DNA from: Eledone cirrhosa
Lineage: Eukaryota
Assembly (NCBI GenBank): GCA_964016885.1
Contig: OZ024740.1
Location: forward strand, 273,420,001 to 273,484,000
Direction: 5' to 3'
Length of the DNA: 64,000 nucleotides
Shown: positions 1 to 14,445 of the stretch, one piece after another
Layout: every line of letters begins with the position of its first letter
How positions within the stretch are numbered: position 1 is the stretch's first letter
The notes under the pieces: generated by a model
What the model was told of the DNA's origin: nothing
Database searches by the model: none
The model's input: the letters and a program-made list of their open reading frames with translations, nothing else
Position numbers and translations under genes: made by a program

Positions 1-172
1 AGCCTCCCCTTTCCACGCCACCGATGTGATACAGTGACGTCGCAACTCCTCATTTCTACAGCTGAGTAAACTGGAGCAACGTGAAATAAAGTGTCTTGCT
101 CAAGTACACAACGCATCACCCGATCCGAGGATTGAACTCACCACCTCTCAATTGCAAGCCTCGTACTCTAAC
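1..172 (-). mobile_element. tRNA-derived SINE with CORE-like domain (runs off window start)
   Basis: Reverse B-box (gattgaactc) plus CORE-like cagctgagtaaactggagcaacgtgaaataaagtgtcttgctcaag; same family at 14966 and 52660. Confidence 0.8.
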
Positions 173-262
173 ATATATATATATATGCAGTTACTCACAC
201 ACATATACACACACACACATATGTGTGTGTGTGTATGAGAGAGAGAGAGAGACAGGAAGAGG

Positions 263-339
<77 letters not shown>

Positions 340-893
340 TGAGAGGGAGAGAGAGGGGGGAGAGAGAGAGAGAATGAGAGAGAGAGAGAGTATGTGAGTA
401 TGTACTGCACTATAGTAAATAAAGCCACAGAGGCTGTCTTGCAACTAGTGTACATAGGTCACTTCCTGGCAATTCGTTATTCACCATAATCAAAACCAAA
501 TCACAGACCTTTCCTCGCTTAGGTTTCATCTTTCATCCTACTTTAGAAAGCTCAACAGTGCTGTCAAGGGCGACAGGAACAGTTTTTGAAGAAACTGGAA
601 GCTCTTGTTCTGGACCTGCACGTTGTCGGCTGAATTGTGATTGCGCTTTTCTGGAACATGTGACTATTTAAGAATCCGGTCCTACATTTGCGCCTGTACT
701 GACCTATGAGGAAGACCCTAGAAAATGTTGGCTACATATCGTAAGTCAAATCAAATTTGGCTGGGTAACCAGCGGTCGAAATGAAAAGAATTTTATCAAT
801 CACCCTAAAAAAAATTGAGTCTTCTACTTTACATTCCTATCCATGCTTAGTGAAAAATATAAAAAAGGTACTCATTATATAAAATACATTTAA

Positions 894-1103
894 TAATGGT
901 TTCATATTTAGGCACAAGAGCAACAAACTTAGGGGAAGGGAAAGTGGCTTAAATCGACCACAGTGCGTAATCTGTCCTTTATTTTATCGATTCCGCAAGG
1001 ATGAAACACAAAGCTATCCTTCTCGAAATTTAAACTCAAAACCTAACGGGACGTATCTCTATGCCGCAAAGCATGTTGTCCGGCTTTCTCCCGATACTGC
1101 CAA
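894..1103 (-). mobile_element. tRNA-derived Nin/Deu-domain SINE, diverged copy
   Basis: tttattttatcga..aaggatgaaa..caaag core and gatactgccaa end shared with about 15 other copies. Confidence 0.75.
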
Positions 1104-1667
1104 GGCTTTCATTGATGTTTACTTGAATGTACTGTTCCCTGCATAATTTTTTATGTTGCGTTGAAATTATAAATATTGGCATTGCTTCTGGATTTACGGA
1201 ATATGCAATCATCATTTAAAGATTTTTGATCTTTTATCCATGATTGAAGCTATGAATAAATGAAGACATAATAAATGAAGACATAATCGATTCCACAAAC
1301 CAAAAGGGAGCAAGGAATAAGATTATCTGGTATTCACGGTTTTCTCTCAATGATGCATAATAGACAATCTGCTCTCACTACCAAAATAAGAAATAAGGAG
1401 CCCTGGAGACATCCTGTTCAACTAACTCGTCTTTAAATAAATAGTATTAGTATTGCGTATGGGGGAATATAAGTTTACCAAAATCAGACGTCTATATATT
1501 TCTATGATTGATCAAAGTGTGGAAAGGGCCCTCGTTTCTTCTATAGGCTATAGAGTAAGCTATAAGATGCCACTGTTAATATGTGAGGTATTTAAACTAA
1601 GACTAAATTGATATGTTCAATGTTAGCCATCACACACAGCTAGTAAATACAGTTAAGATCTATATAA

Positions 1668-1883
1668 AATGGTTTCTGATTTAGGCCATTAATTTTTTGG
1701 GAAGGGAAAGTCGATTAAATCTACACCAGTGCATTACTGGGACTTTATTTTATCAACCCAATAAGGATGAAAGGCAAAGCTAACTTCGACAGGATTTGAA
1801 CTCAGAACGTAAAGGGGGATATAAACTCTATGCTGCAATGCATGGTATTTTACACTCTACCCATGCTGGCATTTCACCGCCCT
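1668..1883 (-). mobile_element. Nin/Deu-domain SINE
   Basis: Core tttattttatcaaccc..aaggatgaaaggcaaag; reverse B-box gatttgaactc. Confidence 0.85.
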
Positions 1884-2380
1884 AGGATCTATATATAATG
1901 GTAAGACAAATTACTAGTGCTGACTAATCTAGTGGGAAGCTGAATACTGAAGACATACTGGAATTCGTCAGCTTAGCCCTGCAAATTATTGAATAATCTG
2001 TTTAACGAGGTATGCAATATTCCTATTCTGGCGTCGTTGGGAGTCATACATTACAGATGGTAACCCTTTATAATTATCTGTGCAGACCATTGGCCATATG
2101 TCTTCGACAATGGTAGGGATGAAATATTGAACTATCAGCTCTTCAATAGTAGATTAGCAGCGACTTAATTTATCGAATATCAAGCGTTTTCATTAGTGTA
2201 GCAATCACAACAAAGGTTAAACAAAACTGTCTCTTACGACAAACCAGATTATCAGTCATACAAAACGTTTTTTTTTCCGTTTCAGGGAGACGCCATCCAT
2301 CATCCACTTTTCTAAAAAAAAAAATAATCATACACAAAACGCCAGCAGCAACAGTTTTCCAAGAGATGTCAACTAAAGAT

Positions 2381-2565
2381 GTTTATCTAAAGACATTTTT
2401 TCCAATTCCACCACGCCATACCTTCAATCTATCTTATTTCTCATTCTTTCTTCTGATGAAGGAGTAGCGTCCGAAACGTTAAGACCGTCTTCCTCCTATT
2501 TCAAGCGTTAAACTAATATATTCCTTCCATATACTGTACAGATTGTGCTGTTATTTCTGTTTACC
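2381..2565 (+). mobile_element. PLE pseudo-LTR fragment (family A), ending at a microsatellite
   Basis: Repeated at 6381-6540; contains a hammerhead core. Confidence 0.7.
2449..2484 (+). ncRNA. Minimal type I hammerhead ribozyme
   Basis: tctt-CTGATGA-a-gga..tcc-GAAA-cg-TT-aaga: stem I tctt/aaga, palindromic aacgtt stem III. Confidence 0.75.
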
Positions 2566-2569
2566 CTTT

Positions 2570-2626
<57 letters not shown>

Positions 2627-2628
2627 CA

Positions 2629-2726
<98 letters not shown>

Positions 2727-3174
2727 CATATATAGTACTACTGTAAACATATGGTTTAGTTTACATGATCGATTCTACAAATATATAGTAGAATATGTTG
2801 AATATAATTTCGAAAATCTTGAAAAAACTCAGTTTGAGATAATTTTAAAATGACATGTATATAAGTATGCAAGAATTTAAAAATATTTATAAGTACAAAC
2901 AAATTGAAAATACAACACAAATAGTCACCTGAACATAAATACGATGTTGAAAAATTGTATTCTGTGTAAGCATGGTAGATGTATATATTTTAAAGATTTT
3001 TCGAATAATGTTATTGCATTAATATTGTCTAAAGACAGATACATTTATAGATACTTCGATAAAATAACACACATACATAGATATGCTTATATTTTTCCAC
3101 CATTCTCGGTTACTAAAAAAAATTGATAACTGACGTTTGCCACATGTTATAAGCAGAACGAAAATATGAATATA

Positions 3175-4010
<836 letters not shown>

Positions 4011-4019
4011 TGTAAATCA

Positions 4020-4552
4020 GTCAGGTCGCTGGGGATCAAACTGGCAACCCCACCACGGTTTTTTGGTGACAAGGGTGACTTTGGACATCCTGCAGGACTA
4101 AAAACAAGGGCAAAGGAGCTCTTAAGAGTCAATGGCCATCCAAAATCACCGGGAGAGTTGACTCCTTAGCCTTTGTCAAGGCAGAATTCTGTGAGAAGGA
4201 AAACTCTGATATAACACCTGCAACCTGATGGTATCCAATGATGTTGACTTGTTCTTCTTTTTGATAAATATCATCTTGGTTAAGAGAGTGGGACTGGCTT
4301 TGTGCAGTACCTTTGCTCACTATAAAAGCTTCATGGCACAGGTATTGCTTTATATCTGGAGATCTCTTGTCATCACATGGTACCATGGGCCCAGCACTAT
4401 GTGACAGTAATTGTCACAAGTGTAATGTTTGTACCAGAGTTTTCAAGTCGCTGGCTGGACTAAAAAGTCACACTCGTTCAGCGCATCGGTTGGGGTTCTC
4501 CTACATGGATATAAAGTAGTGGCCGTACTCGAAAACGAGTTGGACGCCACCA
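4020..4552 (+). mobile_element. Non-autonomous bipartite RTE-derived element inserted in (TA)n
   Basis: Close copy at 12950-13558; RTE-5'UTR-like ggcaacc..gagaaggaaaactc; 3' part encodes C2H2 [22 protein letters not shown] (4421-4486). Confidence 0.7.
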
Positions 4553-4716
4553 TATATATATATATATATACGTGTATATTTACACACACACAAACACACG
4601 CGCACACACACACAAACACACACGCATACACACACACACACACCGACCCACACACACACACCCACACCCACACACACATACACACACACACATACACACA
4701 CACACACACACACACG

Positions 4717-4776
<60 letters not shown>

Positions 4777-5200
4777 TATACATATATATAATGTTGATGA
4801 ATTTAATTTTGTAACTTAGTGTAAATAAAAAACGAACACCAACAGCAACATCTGCTCCAATAATCATAATGTGGAACTGTACCAACAAACATGAACAATA
4901 AAATAAGAAATGACGCTGCATAGCATCACTACTATCAACAACAACAACAACACAAACACCGCAAACATTTCTCAAAATATAACAAAAAAAAAAGAAAAGA
5001 AATGTTTATGGATTTCTCTCCTTTAGTTAGAAATGTGTATTCTAGAAGAAACATATCTCCATTTGAGAGGAATATCGAAAATTTAAGGTATGTATGTTGT
5101 GATGTACTTTTAGGTTTAAATGTTTTCTAACTTGACACGTCGGAAATAAACATTCATATATTGACAGTAAGTCTGTATGCGCGCAATATATATGTATATA

Positions 5201-5264
<64 letters not shown>

Positions 5265-5394
5265 TATATATATAAAAAGAGAGAGAGAGAGCGAGAGATA
5301 GCAATATAAGTGTGGCTTGTGGCTTTCCAAATACATTGGGAAGACTATGATAAACCCTGCCTCTCTCCCTCTCTTTCTATATATATATATATAT

Positions 5395-5432
<38 letters not shown>

Positions 5433-5460
5433 TAGAGAGAGAGGGGGGAGGGGTGAGAGA

Positions 5461-5537
<77 letters not shown>

Positions 5538-6147
5538 CGTGTGAGTATATATAGTTTTATCTCTTTGTCATTTTTCTCCTCTCTCTAGCTGTCATACCAA
5601 CTAGCAACAGGAAACTATATACAATATACAATATACGATATAGGAACTAAAGAATTTTGAAAATTCAGCTTCTTACACAAAATTTATGCATCGATAAAAA
5701 TAAAATCAATGTAATAATATAATAAAATAATCTCTCATATTCTTATTCGAGCCCTTCTGAATAAAAAGGAAGACATGGACAGCGACTATATGTGCATGAT
5801 AGTGTTGCAAAACATCCCAGACACGCCTGGCTGGCTTTGTCGAACATTAAAAACAAAATTTGTTTTCGGTCTAACATGGCGGATACCTAAATGCATTCAA
5901 AAGTGAATAATATCAATAATATTATAATATTATTAATATTATAATATTATTAATATTCGGTTTGGTTACAAGAAAACTCAGTACTCCATGCGTTCAAGAC
6001 GCCTAACGTCACTTTTATGTCACTCGTAATGAAAATTAAGCTAATCAACGATTTATAAATTTGAGAATACTATATATTCTAAATATTTCCATAATCTTGA
6101 TAAGGGGTAAGAACCTCGAAACGATTGTAGACTATTATTCTCTCTGC

Positions 6148-6324
6148 TTGTTTCTACTTTTGGCACAGGGCCAGCAATTAATCCAGTGTATGACTGATAC
6201 TTTATTTTATCGACCCCGTAAGGATGAAAGGCAAAGTTAACCTCGGCGGGATTTGAACTCAGACCATAAAAGACTGTAACTCTTGGCTGTAAAGCATGTC
6301 GTCTGATCCTCTACCTATACTGCT
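6148..6324 (-). mobile_element. Nin/Deu-domain SINE
   Basis: tttattttatcgaccccgtaaggatgaaaggcaaagttaacctcggcgggatttgaactcag. Confidence 0.9.
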
Positions 6325-6380
6325 ATTATTATATTATTATTTTGGACTCACGAATGCATATATATGAATGGACCTGTTAT

Positions 6381-6540
6381 TTGTATCTAAAGACATTTTT
6401 CCAATTCCATCCCGCGCGTCCCCTCAATCTATTTTATTTCTCATTCTTTCTTCTGATGAAGGAATAGCGTCCGCAACGTTAAGATCCTTTTCCTGCTCTA
6501 TCAAGCGTTAACCTAATATATACCGTCAATATACTGTACC
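6381..6540 (+). mobile_element. PLE pseudo-LTR family A, second copy with mutated HHR (GAAA>GCAA)
   Basis: Aligns to 2381-2540; ctgatgaaggaatagcgtccgcaacgtt. Confidence 0.7.
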
Positions 6541-6630
6541 GACAAATATTTGGAGTAAAAATACGATATTAACAAATGGAAACTATATTTATAAAACCAT
6601 ATTTATTTCATTATACATATTTCAAGGACA

Positions 6631-7600
6631 TATTTCAAAACTTAAACTACGTCAATTTTAACTCTAATCACCCCAGATCCGTTAAAAATAATATAGTGAA
6701 CTCTGTACAGGAACGAATTTCGAGAACTTCAGCTAATAAGAATATATTTGATGAAAAAGCACATTATTACAACGAAGCGTTAGATAGAGCTGGGTATAGA
6801 AATAAAATTAAATACATTGATAACAATAAAAATACAACAACTAACCATAATCGTAACAATTTTAACTATGGTAACAATTTTAACAACTATAATAGAAAAC
6901 CTTATATTAATTCCGAAAGCGGAAAAAGAAATAGATCTAGGAACATATTATGGTTCGCTTCTCCTTTCTCATTAAATATTAAAACCCCTATTGCTAAACT
7001 ATTTTTTAAAGCTCTTGACAAATGCTTCCCTAGAACACATAGATATTACTCAATTTTTAATAGACATACTATAAAATTAACTCATTCTTCCACCAAAAAT
7101 TTTGCGCAAAATATTAATAGAATTAATAATCGAAATTTAAAACCTAACCAAAATACCACTAATGACCCAAGCAATATCCAATTTGATAAATGTAATTGTA
7201 GAAATAAATCTAACTGTCCGTTAAATAACAATTGCTTAGCTAAAAATATAGTATATAATTGTAATGTAAAAACTAATTTAAATTCATTTAATTGTGTGGG
7301 ATCCACTTCCACAGAGTTTAAATCCCGCTTCAATAACCATAACAATTATTTTACAGATCCAAACAAAAAACTTCAACTTCTCTATCTAGCCTATTATGGG
7401 ACCTGAAACTAAAGAACGTTGAGTATTCGTTGATTTGGAATATTATTTCAAAAGCTACTACTTTTAACTCCTCTTCAGAAAATTGTGATCTTTGTATATA
7501 GGAAATATTCTTTATATTAAAGACCAAAAATTCCCTGAACTTAAGGAATAATTTATTCAGTTGCTGTAGACATAGATTAAACTCAACGTTTAAATATAAA
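6631..7600 (+). pseudogene. PLE RT thumb plus GIY-YIG endonuclease, frameshifted
   Basis: SNHP..K, ALDRAGY, CNCRNKSNCPLNNNCL, IVY..VGST..FKSRFNNH; after a frameshift near 7370 LWDLK..CDLC..LN..CCRH. Confidence 0.85.
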
Positions 7601-9068
7601 TATAAATTTAAAATGTATAATTATATAATTAATTAATTAATTTTATTGATATATTGAACCTGTCGATAAATCATTAGATTCCTTCATCCTTTTTTGAATG
7701 ATTATACACTCAAGTAAAAATAACTTTTCTTCTTAAATATAAATAAATATAATAAACTATTCGAGAGAAATATACTGAGAGCTCTTGAAGGGAGAAAATA
7801 TTTCTTATATTTTTTATTTTTTATTATTTGATAGCTTCTCCTATTTTAGAAAGTTTATCCTTTCAAAGTTTCTGTTTATTTTTCTTATGGATATAACATT
7901 AAGTCAAATATGCGTAGAAAATATTCTATACTAAATATATTAAACATACTATTATTATTTTGAAATTAGAACTTGAAATATTCTATAATATTTTAAGGTC
8001 ATATTGATTTTAAAGTTATATTGCTTATAATTATCGTAATATAGTTCTTTTGTATTTTATGTACTCAATTATACTATGTACTGTATTTATATGTACTTCT
8101 CTCTATATGTGTGTACATATGTATATGTGTGTATTGACATGCATGTACATATGTTTTATGCGTGTATGTCTATCCGTATGTTTATATATACGTGATGCGT
8201 ATCTACCTATTTGTGAGGGTACATATATGTATGTATATGTGGGAATTGTGTATGTACATGTGCGGGTTTATCCATATAATTCGATCGCACTTATGTATAG
8301 TTATCCCAAGATTCGTGACAAAAAGACATATAATAACTGCCATAAATACATAACAGGTAATCTTATAAAACTTATATAAAATAATTTGTTTAATAACATA
8401 AAGTGTGTATAACATAACATTTCCTTTAATATCTTAACAATTTAACATTTTATAAAATTCCTATATCTTAAATTAAATTAAAGAATCCTTTATATTTTGT
8501 GTGTATATGTTATATGCGTAGTTAGATATGTATATGTATTTTTATAAGTGTGTATATATATTTATATGTACGTATTTTTTGCGTGTGTATACGTGTTATG
8601 TAATATATAGATATTTAATAATATATGGATTTCTTAATATATAGATCCCAATTTTTAATATATTGATCTCAATATTTAACTGATTAACTAAACATCTTAT
8701 CATATTTAAACAATGGTTAAATTTCTCATATTATATATGTATATTCCATTCATGATTATTAACATTTCTAATTTTTATTTATTCATTTCATCTCAATTGT
8801 TAAGTTAACTCAACAAGATATGACTTAGAGTTTTTCGTTCTCTCTCATTTTTTCCGTCTCCTCTCTCTGTCCATATTTCTCTCTCTGTTTATTCTGCTCT
8901 CTCTCTTTCCTTCTCTATCTTTCTATTTCTCCGTAACCCAACGGCTTATTTTAAAAATATCCAATACTAATAATTAACGCTATAACTCCACTCTCCGGGA
9001 GCTTACAACAGTAATGGTTGCATTCTTTAAGGTATGTCAATATTTATTTATAAAACTGATCTATATTA

Positions 9069-9133
9069 TATTTTATCTGATGAAAGCAAATCATAATTTA
9101 ACTTGGTGTCCTTGAAATATGTATAATGAAATA
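9069..9133 (+). ncRNA. Minimal hammerhead ribozyme in PLE family B pLTR
   Basis: tattttat-CTGATGA(9077-83)-stem II-GAAA(9114-17)-tatgta-TA-atgaaata; stem I pairs with one G.U. Confidence 0.65.
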
Positions 9134-9173
9134 AATATGGTTTTATAAATATAGTTTCCATTTGTTAATATCG

Positions 9174-9205
<32 letters not shown>

Positions 9206-9583
9206 TATATATATATATATTATGTATATATTTCCACATCTGTTTATCAGCCTGTCTGCATATCTACCCACCCTCATCCTCTCTCTCATCCATTATATCT
9301 CTCTCTTCCCGTATTTCTACGCCACAAACAAGTTTCGTCTTCAACGGCTAATGATGATAGTTAAACATTATGCTGGACAATGAGGGAGTCAGGGGACTTG
9401 ATAAAGTTTAGACAATGTTTCCCGATCCGTATCGGACTGATATGTAATGTAATAGACTGATGGCGTTGTATTGATTACTAATAAAAATAGACACAATAGG
9501 GCGTGTTTAGATATGCGTCTATACGTATATGATTGCGTTTATGACTATGTATAAAGACGGTTTGTTCATGTATGTATAATATA

Positions 9584-9622
<39 letters not shown>

Positions 9623-9624
9623 TA

Positions 9625-9676
<52 letters not shown>

Positions 9677-10142
9677 TATATATATATATATATATGAATA
9701 TGTGTGTATGTATATATATATACATAATACGTTTTCCTTTGTCTCGTTCTCTTCTTCACATAGACACACACACAAAACAGAGCATGGTTAACACTCATGC
9801 ATTATTAGAAGCTGATGCTCAAGTAATCGCTACTCTGAGTTTGATTTTGCCAATCTTCAGTATAATCTTTTGAAGTTCGGCAACGTGAGACTGGATTTAA
9901 TGATCCGTGAAAGTTTGATCCTCTCATAAATAATATATCATTCCATTTGTTTTTTTGTACTTGCTATATTCTCCCTCTCGAATTTATGCAAAATGTTGTA
10001 TTAATCTCTTCATCTTTCTACTGTCTTCATGTCTGTGTATTGTATATGTTTGTGTGTGTGGTGTGTGCATGTGTGCGTGAAGACATGCTAGTGTATACAT
10101 ATAGAATTTGTTTAGAGGTATATATACATACATACATATATA

Positions 10143-10245
<103 letters not shown>

Positions 10246-10774
10246 TTATATATATATATATATATATCTTTATATATATATCTGTTTATATATATCTGTT
10301 TATATATATCTGTTTATATATACATATTTATATATTTGTGAGCGACTAGCAGAGAGAATGGGAGAGGGGTAAAAAGAAAGTGAGATATACAGAGAAAGGG
10401 GAAGCAGTAAGAAAGAAACGGATGGGACACAGCGGAGGAAAATATATAAATATATGAAAAATATATGCCAGTCACTCTCTCTGTTAGCCTCCTCCTCACA
10501 CTTTCATTCACTCACTCTCTGCTACTCCCTCTCCTACTCCCTCCCGTTTGACCTGTGCAAAATCCTTTCCTCGCTCACATTTCAACCAGGTTGGATGGTC
10601 TTTATTCTCTCTCGTCTACGATTTCACAGAACTTATGTTCATCGATTTCAGGGACTTGACTCCTCCTTCCTCACTTTTCGTTGCATTACCATCTTTGTTT
10701 GTTTACTGTCTCGCCCGTTCCCCCTATTTACGTGTCCCAATGTGGTGTATGTCCGTCGGATGGAGGCCGTTAAG

Positions 10775-12175
10775 CTCAACTACACCACTAGAAATAGCAG
10801 ACTGCCCACTTTCTACCACCTAATCAAGACCCACAAGAATAGTACTAAGACACAAATAAGACCCATCGTCTCTAGCATAGAAGGACCACTATACAAAATT
10901 TCGTGGCTTCTCTCCAAGGTCCTCAAGCCTCTACTCTCCACCTTTCCCGGGCATGTCAACTTAAACTAAATAGATACGCCTTTAACTTCGACGTTGTCTC
11001 CCTCTACACTACAGTCCCCGCTAATCCAGCTGTCAATTTATTGACGGACTGCGTGGTAGCAGAGGACATCCACTGTTACGGCCTCCATCCGACGGACATA
11101 CACCAGCTTTTGTCTTTCACAGTGGACAACACGTACTTCACCTTCCACCATCACACATACAGACAGACAACAGGATTACCCATGGGATCCAGCCTATCGG
11201 GCCTGCTGGCCATCACCTATATGAACCAGCTAGAATGCCGAGCCCTCAACACCTGCCGTTCCCATACCTTCTTCACCCGATATGTAGATGACATACTCAT
11301 CCTTACATCATCCCGTGAGGAGGCGGATAAAATATACACAACATTCTCCACCATGGACGCCAGTATAAAGTTCAGCATGGAACACCCCGATGACCGCGGA
11401 TCCCTATCCCTACTGGACTTCCAACTCAGGATAACAGAGGAAGGCAACATCCACACCTGCTTCTATAAAAAAGCCGTCAGCAGGGACCTGTTCGTACATT
11501 TCTACATTTCAGATAGGCCCTCCCAGCCGGAGCTAAGTTCGGATAGATATGGAACGATCTACACGTATCCGAAACAAATGCACCGACGCTAGAGACCGAG
11601 ACACACACACCACACATTTCCCGGAAGAACTCAAACTGAACGGATACACGACATCCACCACAAAACGTGCCATAAAGAACAGAGGACACCACACTCGAGG
11701 CACTAACACTTGCTTCCTGTAGCTCCCACACTTCAGTGACGAAACAACAACAGCCATCCGCAGAGCTATCAGACGAGAGGGACTAGATATCCAACTGGCC
11801 CACTCAGGTCCTTCTCTACACGGACAGCTAACCAAAAGACACTCCACCAGACGTGACAACCGCTGCAGGCTAGCCAACTGCGCCATCAACGACACAGACC
11901 TATGCCACCAGGCTTACGTCGTATACAGATTAGAGTGCGACAAATGCAGCAACTTCTACGTAGGTAGCAGCACCAGACCACTCCACGTAAGAAGAAAAGA
12001 ACACCTCAATACTAACGCTTCCTCATTTAAGAAACACCTATTTAATGCAAAAACACCGACAAAACCATAACAGTTAGGATAGAAACTAAGGAAAGAAACC
12101 TCGGCAATCTTAGAATTAAGGAAGCACAACCACCAATCAATAATAGACTAGAACTCAACACCCAATTTATAACTT
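10775..12175 (+). pseudogene. PLE reverse transcriptase plus GIY-YIG endonuclease, fragmented by deletions and frameshifts
   Basis: PTFYHLIKTHK..IRPIVS, FDVVSLYTTVP, GLPMGSSLS, RYVDDIL, LSLLD, VVYRLECDKCSNFYVGSSTRPLHVRRKEH. Confidence 0.9.
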
Positions 12176-12364
12176 GATACAGCATCTAGCCGCATATTTA
12201 CACCCCCTTCCCACACACACGCACATAAACACGCACGCACATACACACACACACGCGCTTACACCTCCACTTATTCTCTCATACACAGACATACACACAC
12301 AAAGACCAGTTCTAACACGAGATAACATCTATCACCCACATTTACGTATAGACATATTTTCTCA

Positions 12365-12463
<99 letters not shown>

Positions 12464-12662
12464 ACACACACATACTTACACCGTCACGCATTCTCCCACA
12501 CACTTAAACAGGCATGTAAAAAAAAAACGTTTTAAAGGGAGATAACTTTTTATACATCTAACCTTACCTCTTTGACATTATAGATAGAAGAGATACTCTA
12601 TACCATTTCCTGTCAGCATGACCAGGCAAGCTATTTAGAACACAGGTTTAACCGCTTTACTT

Positions 12663-12698
12663 CCCTCCGAAGAAGAGATATTATCTCGAAAATTAAGA
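12663..12698 (+). ncRNA. Variant hammerhead motif (CCGAAGA core)
   Basis: CCGAAGA(12667-73)-a-gagata/tatctc-GAAA(12688-91)-at-TA. Confidence 0.5.
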
Positions 12699-12856
12699 AC
12701 ATCTAAATAAATCTAAGGTAAAAGACTAATTGTCAACAATATCTTTTGCATTTGCATTCTTTATTCTATGTACATACCTGCATTGTTTTGGCTATATTAT
12801 ACATATACAAACGTTTATACCTCATTACACAATGCTTCAAGTGAACTATAACTTCT

Positions 12857-12904
<48 letters not shown>

Positions 12905-12949
12905 TTATATATATATACATGTATATATACATGTATATATATATATTAT

Positions 12950-13555
12950 GTCAGGTCACCAGTTGGTGCTACTGGTAACATGTATCCCAGTACAACCTGT
13001 CCCATGGTCGGGTCGTTGGCGACTAAACTGGCAACCCCACCAAGGTTTCTTGGTGAGGAGGGTGACTTTGGACATCCTGCAGGACTAAAAACAAAACCTG
13101 TCAAAGGGCAAAGGAGCTCTTAAGAGTCAATGGCCATCCAAAATCACCGGGAGAGATGACCCCTTAGCCTTTGTCAAGGCAGAATTCTAGGAGAAGGAAA
13201 ACTCTGATATAACACCTGCAACCCTGATGGTATCCAATGATGTTGACTTGTTCTTCTTTTTGGTAAATATCATCTTGGTTAAGAGAGTGGGACTGGCTTT
13301 GTGCAGTGCCTTTGCTCACTATAAAAGCTTCACGGCACAGGCATTGCTTTATATCTGGAGATCTCTCTGCACTTGTCGTCACATGGTACCATGGGCCCAG
13401 CACTATGTGTCAGTAATTGTCACAAGTGTAGTGTTTGTACCAGAGTTTTCAAGTCGCTGGCTGGACTAAAAAGTCACACTCGTTCAGCGCATCGGTAGGG
13501 GTTCTCCTACATGGATATAAAGTAGTGGCCGTACTCGAAAACGAGTTGGCAGCCA

Positions 13556-13558
<3 letters not shown>
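12950..13558 (+). mobile_element. Non-autonomous bipartite RTE-derived element, longer copy
   Basis: Aligns to 4020-4552; flanked by (TA)n on both sides. Confidence 0.75.
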
Positions 13559-13599
<41 letters not shown>

Positions 13600-13601
<2 letters not shown>

Positions 13602-14445
13602 ATAATATATATACAAAATAAACACAGAGAATTCTGTTTCTAAAATTGTTTTAGATATTTAATCTCAATCATACGTAAGATATAAACATTTTCGCAGATT
13701 CTCTGTGTTTATTTCTACATATATTATTATATATTGCTCACTATTTATACTTTGAGCTTGTTAATTGCAGAGTATCAATATGAGTTAGTATCTCTTTATT
13801 TTATTTGTATTTCGGCTCCCTAACTAGATGAGCTTATAAGTTGAGTGTAATAAGGCTATTATTCCTAGCATTTCCACTCACACCAAGTATAAGGTCCAAC
13901 GCACGAGGTGTGTTATTCATTCCTGTGAATTGTAGTTACATGTGTTTTGTTTCATTTGTTCCTATCTCTCGCTGACGAAAGCCTACGGATTATCTGTTAC
14001 AAACACAATTTTTAGGGAGAAACAGATTAAATCTCTAATCTGTCCGAGATATGAAATAGTTATTGATACGGTCTGTATATGAACAATGTTTTATATCTCA
14101 TGAAAAAATGTTTATATCTTACGCATAATTCAGATTAAATATATAAAACAAATGTGGTATTCTCTACCCTCGTAATTTTAGACACAGCATTCTCTGTGTT
14201 TATTTCTACATATATTAATATATAATTCTTTCTATTTTAGGCACAAGGCCAGCAATTACCCAGTACGTTACTGGTACTTTATTTTATCGAGCCGTAAGGA
14301 TGAACGGCAAAGTTAACCTCGGCGGGATTTGAACTCAGATCATAAAGGGACGTAACTCTATTCTTCAAAGCATGGTACCCGACTATCTACCGATACTGCC
14401 AATCCACAATGCTCAGTATTTATACTTTGAGCTTGTTAATTGCAG
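13600..14445 (+). mobile_element. ORF-less PLE-pLTR-like element with inverted and direct terminal duplications
   Basis: 13600-13692 is an inverted copy of 14105-14225; 13697-13772 is repeated at 14188-14445, where a SINE splits it; CTGACGA at 13972. Confidence 0.5.
14227..14408 (-). mobile_element. Nin/Deu-domain SINE
   Basis: Family core and reverse B-box. Confidence 0.9.

Larger units (their letters stand above)
6561..9176 (+). mobile_element. 5'-truncated Penelope-like element (family B) with inverted 5' pLTR fragment
   Basis: 6561-6630 is the reverse complement of 9107-9176; thumb plus GIY-YIG coding remnant; HHR near 3' end; (TA)n follows. Confidence 0.85.
10743..12858 (+). mobile_element. 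5'-truncated Penelope-like element (family C)
   Basis: RT and GIY-YIG remnants, (CA)n-containing 3'UTR, pLTR shared with 35884-36149, ends in (TA)n. Confidence 0.85.

Noticed and set aside
547-746. Exon-like segment (tttag acceptor at 546, gtaagt donor at 741)
   Set aside because: All three forward frames contain stops and I recognise no protein. It could be a non-coding exon or decayed LINE, but neither is supportable.
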